This document shows, one piece after another, positions 19,541-28,900 of a stretch of 64,000 nt of DNA. The DNA is from Deltaproteobacteria bacterium (GTDB lineage: Bacteria > Desulfobacterota > Desulfomonilia > UBA1062): the NCBI GenBank assembly GCA_015486075.1, contig WFSG01000040.1, positions 4,647-68,646 on the forward strand, written 5' to 3'. Each line of letters starts with the position of its first letter. The first letter of the stretch is position 1. The notes under the pieces were generated by a model. It worked only from the letters and a program-made list of their open reading frames with translations. It searched no databases and was not told where the DNA came from. Position numbers and translations under genes: made by a program.

Positions 19541-20081
19541 ACTAGTCTCCATCCGGGATGCTTTTGTCATTGAACCGGAACCAATTGAGGATGACCGCGG
19601 ATTATTCACCCGCGTATTCTGCCAGAACGAGCTGAACGACATCCTTCATGGTGAAAACATAGTTCAGATAAACCACTCTGTTACCTGGCAGAAAGGGGCC
19701 ATACGCGGGATGCACTTTCAATATCCACCCAGAGCAGAGATCAAGATAGTCAAGTGCCTGCGCGGTAGCATATTTGATGTCATGATTGACCTGCGCAAGA
19801 AATCTCCCACCTTTCTGAAGTGGCATGGGGAGGTCTTAACCTCGGAAAACATGAAGATGATGTATATACCTGAAGGATTTGCGCATGGTTTCCAGACATT
19901 GGAAAAAGACTGCGAGATACTTTATCTTCATACCGAGTTTTATAGCCCAGAATACGAGGGAGGTGTACGTTACGACGATCCCATGATCGAGATCTCTTGG
20001 CCTCTCGCTGTAACGGATATATCGAAGAAAGACCAGAACTATCCTTTACTATCCCCGGCCTTCGAGGGCATCTCCTTATGA
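19530..20081 (+). CDS. NDP-4-keto-6-deoxyhexose 3,5-epimerase (RmlC/cupin family)
   Basis: RmlC-like cupin of 183 aa (IRGMHFQ..., ...HGFQTL...). It overlaps the rfbG stop by 11 nt. Confidence 0.75.
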   Translation: MRVKLVSIRDAFVIEPEPIEDDRGLFTRVFCQNELNDILHGENIVQINHSVTWQKGAIRGMHFQYPPRAEIKIVKCLRGSIFDVMIDLRKKSPTFLKWHGEVLTSENMKMMYIPEGFAHGFQTLEKDCEILYLHTEFYSPEYEGGVRYDDPMIEISWPLAVTDISKKDQNYPLLSPAFEGISL

Positions 20082-21304
20082 AATGCAGGTTCTGCGGCAA
20101 TTATCTTAAACATCAATTCATCGATATGGTTAGCGCTCCACCATCCAATTCATTCTTAACAAAAGAACAACTAGATAAGCCCGAAGTCTTTTACCCCTTA
20201 AGACTAATGGTCTGCGAGAAATGTTGGCTTGTACAGATCGATGAATACAAGAAGTCGGAAGAAATCTTTAATAAGGATTATACCTACTTTTCCTCATACT
20301 CAAAGACATGGCTCAGGCATGCAAAGAAATATGTGGACATGATCATCTCCAGGTTAAGTCTTAATGCCACCTCCCTGGTTATGGAGATCGCATCCAATGA
20401 TGGATACCTACTGCAATATTTTAAAGAAAAAGGGATCCCATGCATGGGCATTGAACCTAGCGTCAGTACCGCCCAAGAAGCAAGAAAGAAAGGGATTGAG
20501 ACATTGGAGGAATTCTTTGGCGTAGGACTCGCGGAGAAACTTTCCAATGAGGGCAGAAAGCCGGACCTGATCATAGGCAACAATGTACTTGCCCATGTCC
20601 CAAATATAAATGACTTCGTCAAGGGGCTAAAGATTATCCTGAAACCTGGTGGTGTTATAACCATGGAATTTCCTCACTTAATGCGCCTAGTTGAGGGAAA
20701 CCAGTTCGATACAATCTACCACGAGCACTTCTCGTATTTCTCATTACACACGGTAAACCGGATATTCTCAAGTCACGACCTTGTTATCTTCGATGTGGAG
20801 GAGCTCCCAACGCATGGCGGGTCCTTGAGGATCTATGCCAGGCATGTTGAAGACAACTCAAAACCTGTAGAGCAAAGAGTTGCTGCACTATTGGAAAAAG
20901 AGAAAACACGAGGGATGCTTGCGATAGATTATTATCTTGGTTTTCAGCATAAGGCGGACAAAGTGAAATATGCGTTTCTTTCATTTCTGGTGGAGCAGAA
21001 AAAACGTGGGAAGAAAGTGGTTGCTTACGGGGCTGCGGCTAAAGGCAACACCTTGCTAAATTACTGCGGGGTTAAAAAAGACTTGATAGAGTTTGTTGTG
21101 GATGCATCTCCTTATAAACAGGGCAAATATCTGCCTGGTAGCCACATACCAGTGGTTGCAGAAAAAGAGATCAAAAGGACAAAGCCGGATTATGTACTTA
21201 TCCTACCTTGGAATATCAAGGATGAGATCATGGAACAGCTAGGTTATATCCACGAATGGGACGGAAGGTTTGTGGTACCTATTCCAGAAATCGAGATATC
21301 TTGA
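20078..21304 (+). CDS. NDP-hexose C-methyltransferase (TylCIII-like; N-terminal Zn ribbon + class I SAM MTase + C-MT C-terminal domain)
   Basis: N-terminal CRFCGN...CEKC zinc ribbon; methyltransferase motif I VMEIASNDGYLL; C-terminal C-methyltransferase domain (VAYGAAAKGNTLLNYCG). The ATG at 20078 overlaps the preceding stop (ATGA). Confidence 0.8.
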   Translation: MKCRFCGNYLKHQFIDMVSAPPSNSFLTKEQLDKPEVFYPLRLMVCEKCWLVQIDEYKKSEEIFNKDYTYFSSYSKTWLRHAKKYVDMIISRLSLNATSLVMEIASNDGYLLQYFKEKGIPCMGIEPSVSTAQEARKKGIETLEEFFGVGLAEKLSNEGRKPDLIIGNNVLAHVPNINDFVKGLKIILKPGGVITMEFPHLMRLVEGNQFDTIYHEHFSYFSLHTVNRIFSSHDLVIFDVEELPTHGGSLRIYARHVEDNSKPVEQRVAALLEKEKTRGMLAIDYYLGFQHKADKVKYAFLSFLVEQKKRGKKVVAYGAAAKGNTLLNYCGVKKDLIEFVVDASPYKQGKYLPGSHIPVVAEKEIKRTKPDYVLILPWNIKDEIMEQLGYIHEWDGRFVVPIPEIEIS

Positions 21305-21321
21305 TTAAGGAAGGCGATGAT

Positions 21322-22215
21322 ATGAAGGTATTGGTTACTGGAGCAACTGGTTTTATTGGAGGTTATGTTGTTCGACAATTAATTAATCAAGGATATCGAG
21401 TTGTTGCAACTTCAAGAAATCCTGAAAAGGCAAAGGCCTTCGAATGGATTTCTCAGGTACAATACATTCCCTGTGATCTCAATGTGATGCGGAATGACTT
21501 CTTCCAATTTTTTCATCAACCTGATTTACTGATTCATTTGGCATGGGAAGGTTTGCCAAATTACGAAGACTTGTTTCATTTTGAGAAGAACCTGTTTTCC
21601 AATTACTCGTTTCTGAAAAACATAATCGAACATGGACTAAAACGCTTGGTGGTAACAGGTACATGCCTTGAATATGGAATGCAAAACGGAGCTTTAAGTG
21701 AGGACATGGAGGCTAGACCTGATAATCCTTATGGTTTGGCAAAGGATACCTTGCGAAGGTTCCTGGAACAACTGCAGAAAAAGATCAATTTTGATCTAAA
21801 ATGGATACGTCTATTTTATATGTATGGAAAAGGTCAGAGTCCCAATTCAATCCTATCTCAACTTGATAGATCGTTGGAAAATGGAGAAACCAACTTTAAC
21901 ATGTCGGGCGGAGAACAATTAAGAGATTATTTGCCGGTTGAAAGGGCTGCTACATACATAATTAGAATCGCGATGCAAGATAAGGTAAACGGAATTATCA
22001 ACTGTTGCAGCGGTAAACCTATCTCTATTAGAAAACTCGTGGAAAATTATTTAGAGAGGAAGCAAAAAAGTATCCATCTGAATTTAGGGTTTTATTCATA
22101 CACCGACTATGAACCAATGGCTTTTTGGGGAGATGCAACAAAGCTTAACATTGCTTTATCCAGTTTTGATCTTGATAAAGGTGATAGATCTTATGAACCA
22201 GATAGAACAATTTAA
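21322..22215 (+). CDS. NAD-dependent sugar epimerase/reductase (extended SDR; likely NDP-4-ketohexose reductase)
   Basis: MKVLVTGATGFIGGYV Rossmann motif; catalytic Y in YGLAKD; 298 aa. The start was trimmed to the ATG at 21322. Confidence 0.75.
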   Translation: MKVLVTGATGFIGGYVVRQLINQGYRVVATSRNPEKAKAFEWISQVQYIPCDLNVMRNDFFQFFHQPDLLIHLAWEGLPNYEDLFHFEKNLFSNYSFLKNIIEHGLKRLVVTGTCLEYGMQNGALSEDMEARPDNPYGLAKDTLRRFLEQLQKKINFDLKWIRLFYMYGKGQSPNSILSQLDRSLENGETNFNMSGGEQLRDYLPVERAATYIIRIAMQDKVNGIINCCSGKPISIRKLVENYLERKQKSIHLNLGFYSYTDYEPMAFWGDATKLNIALSSFDLDKGDRSYEPDRTI

Positions 22216-22927
22216 ACGTGAATGTATGAGGCGTATCAGGCAGTATGGAAAGAACAAGAAATTACTAGATGCGGCGAGACTTTTTGTACAAGAATCTACC
22301 ATACCCAAATACTCCTACAACTTCACCTGGCTTGGCCGTCCAATAATTCAGTATCCACAGGACATCATCGCAATGCAGGAGATTATATGGCAGGTAAAAC
22401 CCAACCTTATTATAGAAACAGGGATTGCACATGGTGGAGGACTTATCTTCTACGCGTCCATGCTTGAACTTCTGGGTGGAGATGGCCAGGTGCTTGGTAT
22501 CGACATTGATATCAGGGAACACAACAGGGTTGAGATAGAAAGACACCCCATGTTCAAACGAATTACAATGATAGAAGGTTCGTCTATTGATGAAGATGTT
22601 GTCCAGAAGGTCCGTGACTTTGCAAAGGATAAAAAGAGGGTTCTAGTTGCACTTGATTCCATGCATACACACGAACACGTGCTAAAAGAGCTTGAACTTT
22701 ATTCTCCCCTGGTAACAAAAGGTAGCTACCTTGTTGTCTTTGACACCATCATTGAAGACATGCCAGATGGCTTCTTTCCCGACCGACCATGGGGAAAGGG
22801 TAACAATCCCAAGACAGCGGTATGGGAATTCATGAAAAACAATGACCGTTTTGAGATCGACAAGGAGATTGAGAATAAATTGCTGATCACCGTTGCACCC
22901 GATGGATATCTAAGATGCATTAAGTAA
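22193..22927 (+). CDS. CmcI/cephalosporin-hydroxylase-family sugar O-methyltransferase
   Basis: CmcI-family motif IIETGIAHGGGLIFYA, of the rhamnosyl-O-methyltransferase-like family. The start at 22193 overlaps the preceding gene's 3' end. Confidence 0.7.
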   Translation: MNQIEQFKRECMRRIRQYGKNKKLLDAARLFVQESTIPKYSYNFTWLGRPIIQYPQDIIAMQEIIWQVKPNLIIETGIAHGGGLIFYASMLELLGGDGQVLGIDIDIREHNRVEIERHPMFKRITMIEGSSIDEDVVQKVRDFAKDKKRVLVALDSMHTHEHVLKELELYSPLVTKGSYLVVFDTIIEDMPDGFFPDRPWGKGNNPKTAVWEFMKNNDRFEIDKEIENKLLITVAPDGYLRCIK

Positions 22928-22958
22928 TGCCTATACTAAAATACAAAGGGGATAATCA

Positions 22959-25900
22959 ATGAGAACAAACAAGACACCATTTGTCAGCATAGGTATGCCT
23001 GTATACAATGGCGAGCGTTACATAAAGCAGGCACTGGATTCTTTACTATCCCAGGACTACGACAACTTTGAGTTAATAATCTCTGATAATGCTTCTACCG
23101 ATAGTTCGCCAGATATCTGTCTTGAGTATAAAAATAAGGATGGCCGTGTCAAGTTTTACCGCAATGATAAGAATATTGGACCTAATGATAACTTCAATCG
23201 TGTCTTTGAACTATCATCAGGCCAATATTTCATGTGGGCAGCGTGTGATGACCTATGGACACCTAATTACATATCATCACTTGTAAAAGCTTTAGCCTCT
23301 GATAAAAATGCAGTTCTAGCATTTTCACAACTGAACAATATTGACGAAAACGGTAATATATGCCGTGAATACCCGAACCTCCATCTTCTATCATCAAAGG
23401 CCCCCCTGCCTGACAGGCTAAATAATATAATATGGTTCAGGGAAGAGGATGGGAAGGCAAACCTAGTATACGGCCTCATCAGGAGTGATATCTTAAAGAA
23501 GATTGACATATTCAAATCTTACGGTTTTGGAAACTGGGGTGTTGATTATCTTTTAGTATTTAGACTGGCGTTGTTCGGCAAATTTTTATTTGTAAATGAT
23601 TCTTGTTTTTACAAGAGACTGACAGAAGAAAACATCTCGAGATGGGCAAACACTTCTCCTGAAGAGTACTGCCACCTTATTCAGGGTTACTTCCAGGGCT
23701 ACAGAACCATTATCAAAGAAAGCAATCTACGAGACATTGAGAAAGATACACTACTGATGTCCATCTCTGCAAGGGAAGGCCATTGGTACTCCCGCATCCT
23801 AGGTTCGAATACTATTGAAGATACAGCTTCCAAAATAAGATCCATGGTTGAGAAAACTCACGATTATACAGCTCCATCCATCATAAATAATAAACAACAT
23901 CAGCACACACCCAACATGGACAGGCAGGATACCAACACAAATAAGCCTTCCCAGATAATAGATAAGACAATACTATTTCTGAGTGTTGGTAGTATCAATT
24001 ACGATTGTAATATCAACTTTTATGAACCCCTAAAGGCCATCTTCAAGAAAGCAATAAACTACAACTACATGGAAAGGCTAGAAATCTTAGGTAAAAAAGC
24101 GATGAATGAAGAGATTATCCACATAGTAAAAAGCAAAAAGCCCGACTATGTATTCATTCACACCTATCAGGATCAAATAGAACTATCCACTTTGGACAAG
24201 ATAAACATGCTTGGTGTAAAAACAATTGCATGGTTTTCAGATGATCACTGGCGCTTTGATGATTATTCAAGATTCCTGGCACCGCATGTCTTTTGCTCAA
24301 TAACAACCGACAAATACGCGGTGGATAAATATAAGAGTCTGGGATTTAACGTCATAAAATCACAATGGGCCTCAAATCAACACCATTATAGAAAGACCAA
24401 TACTCCTCTATTGTATGACGTTACCTTTGTGGGACAAAACTATGGCAAAAGAAAAGATAACTTATTTTATCTAAAAACCAAGAATGTCCCACTTAGCGTA
24501 TTTGGAAGAGGTTTTGGGACATTCCTTGAGTTCGATGAGATCATCAAGATATTCAATGCCAGCAAGATCAATCTTAACTTTAGCGGCAGCTCCCGGGACG
24601 ATAACATCAAGCAAATAAAGGGAAGGATTTTTGAAGTCCCTATGTGTAAAGGCTTCCTGTTAACCGAGTACGCCGAAGGCATAGAGGAGTATTTCGAAAT
24701 AGGCAAGGAAATAGAGTGTTTTGATGATATAAAGGATGCCCTTGATAAGATCCAATACTACCTAAAACACGAAGACAGGCGTCTAGAGATAGCCGAGAAA
24801 GGCCATATACGTGCACTAAGGGATCACACATGGGAAAAGAGATTAAGGGATTTGTTCCTCGAAGTGGAAAGACTTGAGAAAAGCTCAAGCGTGCCTCACG
24901 GGCATGACTGGATAACTACCCAGAAAGACATGCAAAAAGAAATCAGCGATCACAAGAAACATAATATCCCTTACAGGAAAAAGTATGAGATGGGTTTTCA
25001 TGGCGACAGTTACCTGCTTACGCTCATAGACCATGTGCTTACAAGGTGTGATGCATTTATAGAAACAGGGACATACATGGGTGATTCCCTTGAATATGTA
25101 GCTCGAAACTTCAGCCATCTCCATATATTCTCATGCGAACCAAAGACAGAACACATAACAGTTGCCAGAAACAAACTCCGTCCTTACCTACATAATATTA
25201 CACTCGACCAGGTTAAGTCACCAGATTTCTTATATAAAATAGTGGAAGATCACCCCGATCTTGTCAACAAGGATGTGGCCTTCTGGCTTGATGCTCACTC
25301 ATTTGGATATAAATGGCCATTGAAAGATGAGATAAGGTTTATAACAGGGACATTCAAGAAGGCATACATCTTTATAGATGACTTCAAGATACCAGGCAGG
25401 CCTGAATTTCAGTATGACATCTACGATGGTCAAGAGTGTTCCTGGGAATTTATCCATGATGAGATGTGTACGGATAAGGAATATTTAATATATCTACCCA
25501 AATACAAAGAGAAAACATCCAGGCATCATCCCCTTGTAGGGTGGGCCCTTATAGAATTTGGCCACGCAACTATGCAAATACCAGACTCACTAAAAGATCA
25601 CCTCATCCAAACATCTGCCTATAGACTGCCAGCCGAGGGCAAGTTTGATGAAGAACATCATGATCATGATGTATACAATGAATCAGTGTCATACGGGGAG
25701 AACTCCAACAGTTATATGGCAGATCACTGGTCAGATAAATCCGTCCACCCTGGTAGCGAAAAGAATAAGAACGCTAAACACCCGATTCGTCCATCAGGGG
25801 GTAAAAAGTATGTGTCAAGAGAGCATATAAAGCATGTTCTTCTAACTACCTCGGCTGCACCTAACCAGTCTCCTTTCTCAACGACAGAGAAAAGACCTCC

Positions 25901-28900
25901 CATAGGTTTAGGCTTCCTCATATCGGTGTTAAGAAACGCCGGGCACAAAGTATTCTTCATAGACAATTACCTCAGGCCAGACAATTTCCTTGAAACAGAT
26001 TTTCTCCAGAGAAACAGGATTGATTACGTGGGGATATATGCAAACACCATCTGCTATAGGGATACGCTGAGGATGCTTTACAGGCTTGAATACCTCAGGC
26101 GCACCGGCAGATGGGGAGGTAAAATCATCGTGGGTGGCCCTCATACAACCGTTGCCTTGGATACAATACCTGATTTTGTAGATTACATAGTCCAGGGTGA
26201 AGGAGAGAAGGCCATCCTTGATATTGTGGAAGAAAGGATATCTGAACGTATTGTAAAGTACCCACGTATTAAAGACCTGGATAAACTTCCCATGCCTGCC
26301 TGGGATTACTTTGTCAGAATGCCGTATAACTGGGGGGTAGACTGGTTTCGGGAACAACCTGTGTTCACTATGAATACGAGTAGAGGTTGTCCATTCAGAT
26401 GCACTTTCTGCTCAGTTGGCTCTATCTGGGGAAAACAGTATACCTATTTCAGTGCTGAACGCATCGTCTCTGATATCGAATACCTAACCAGGGAATACGG
26501 TGCAAAGGGGATATATTTCAGGGAAGACAACTTTACCCTAAACAAAAAAAGACTCGTAGAGTTCTGCGAGTTGTTGCTCAAGAAAGGAATAAACATACCA
26601 TGGGCATGCGAGACAAGGGTCTCCAACCTCAACAAGGACATCGTTGAACTAATGTCTCGTGCAGGGGCATGTGGTTTTTATTTTGGCGTGGAGAGCGGTT
26701 CTCAAAGGATACTGGATTTCCTGAAAAAGGATATCAAGGTGGATCAAACAAGAAAGACCTTTGAGCTATGCCACAGGTTTGGTATCAATACAGCCGCAAG
26801 TGTGATAGTTGGAGTCCCAACTGAGACAGAGGATGACCTAAGGCAGACTTACTCACTGTTGAATGACATAAAACCAACAGTTACCTGGTTCAACGTTTTT
26901 GTAGGTATACCGAACAGCGAGCTGTACAAGTATACTATAAAGAATAGGCTTTATGAGTTCATCGATGATAGAGGCCTAGTCTACTTAAAAGGTCACAATG
27001 AACGGGTTAAAAGATTCTATGGTGGGCATATCAATGCAAGTATACCAGCAATACTGGACAATAACGAAAAAACGGCAAATCCAGAGATCACTGTTGTCAT
27101 GCCTGTGTACAACGCTGAGAGATACATAGATAAGGCCATAAAGAGTGTGCTGGCACAAACATATCAAGATTTCGAATTTATAATCATAGATGACGCATCA
27201 ACGGACAACACTAGTGAGATCCTAAAAAGATTTGACGATCCAAGGATTAGGACAATTAAGAACCCTAATAATCTTGGGTTAACAAAATCCCTCAACAAAG
27301 CCATACGTGAAGCAAAAGGTACGTACATAGCTAGAATGGATGCAGATGATATCTCTATACCGCACAGGCTTGAAACCCAGCTCAACTTCCTAAAAAAGAA
27401 CACGGATCATGCACTTGTTGGAAGTTCTTATTACCAGATAGATGATACTGGAAGGATAATCTCCCTGGTCAGGGTACTAAGCGATGATAACGAAATACGT
27501 GCTGGTTTAAAAAAACAGAACTGGTTTGGCCATGGTAGCATAATGATGCTGAAAAGCGCGTTCCTCCAATGCGGAGGTTATGATGAATCTTTTAAATACG
27601 CACAGGATTATGACCTCTGGCTAAGGATCTCAGAGAAGTACAAGGTGGCCAATATAGGAGAGCCTCTTTATCAGTGGAGATCTACTGCTGGAAATATCTC
27701 AAATGCGAGGATTCAAGAGCAGAAATATTTTGCCAGCCTCGCTGTCAAGAAAGCAGAGGAAAGGAAAAAGGCACGTATTATAGACAAAACAGATAAACCC
27801 TTGGTCTCTGTTATTGTCCCTACGTATAACCGTCCTGACATGCTTAGAGAGGCCTTAACGAGCATATTGAACCAGAGCTATCAGAACTATGAGATCATAG
27901 TGGTAAACGATGGAGGTATAAACATAGAAAGCATTATACACCAGCTAAACAGCAAAGGTAATATCACATATGTCAAACATAACATAAACAAGGGTCTTGC
28001 TGCATCAAGGAACAGTGGAATCAGCCTTGCAAAAGGCAAGTATATTGCTTACCTGGATGACGATGATGTGTTCTATCCCGATCACCTGGAGACCTTGGTA
28101 AACCTCCTGGAAGAAACCGACTACAAGGTAGCCTACACTGATGCCTACAGGGCTCACCAGGTATTGTATGACAATTCATATAAGATAACTGCAAGGGATA
28201 TCCCGTACTCGGTGGATTTCTCCAAGGACCTAATACTAATACGTAACCTCTCTCCTGTAAACTGCTTCATGCATGAAAAAAAATGCCTTGAAAAGGTTGG
28301 CCTTTTTGACGAGGCACTCACAACCCACGAGGACTGGGATCTCTGGATCAGGCTATCCAGGAGTTATGACTTCAAACATATAAAAAAGGTTACCACAGAG
28401 TTCAGGGACAGGAGAGACGGTTCAACAATGACAAGTTCCAAACTCCCAGACTTCCTTAGAACAACGCGTATCATATATAAAAGATACAGCAGCTATACAA
28501 TGGGTAGGCAAGATATTCAAAGGGCACAAGAACAAAATATCCATCTACTAGAAAACGAGATATCAAAATATAGTATTTCAGTCTCAATGAAATGCTCCAT
28601 CATCATCCCTGTTTTCAACCAGGTTGAATACACGAAGAAATGCCTCGAGGCACTCGTGGAAAACACGCCAGATGATCTCTACGAAGTGATTATCGTGGAT
28701 AACGGTTCAACCGACGGCACAAAAGAGTTTCTTAAATGCCTTGAAGGCGATGTAAAAATCATCACCAATCAAGAAAACCTAGGTTTTGCAAAGGCATGTA
28801 ACCAGGGCGCAAGAGAGGCAAGCGGCAAATACCTGGTCTTTCTGAATAATGATACCATACCCCAAAAAGGATGGCTGGAAGAGCTGGTCAGGGTAGCCGA

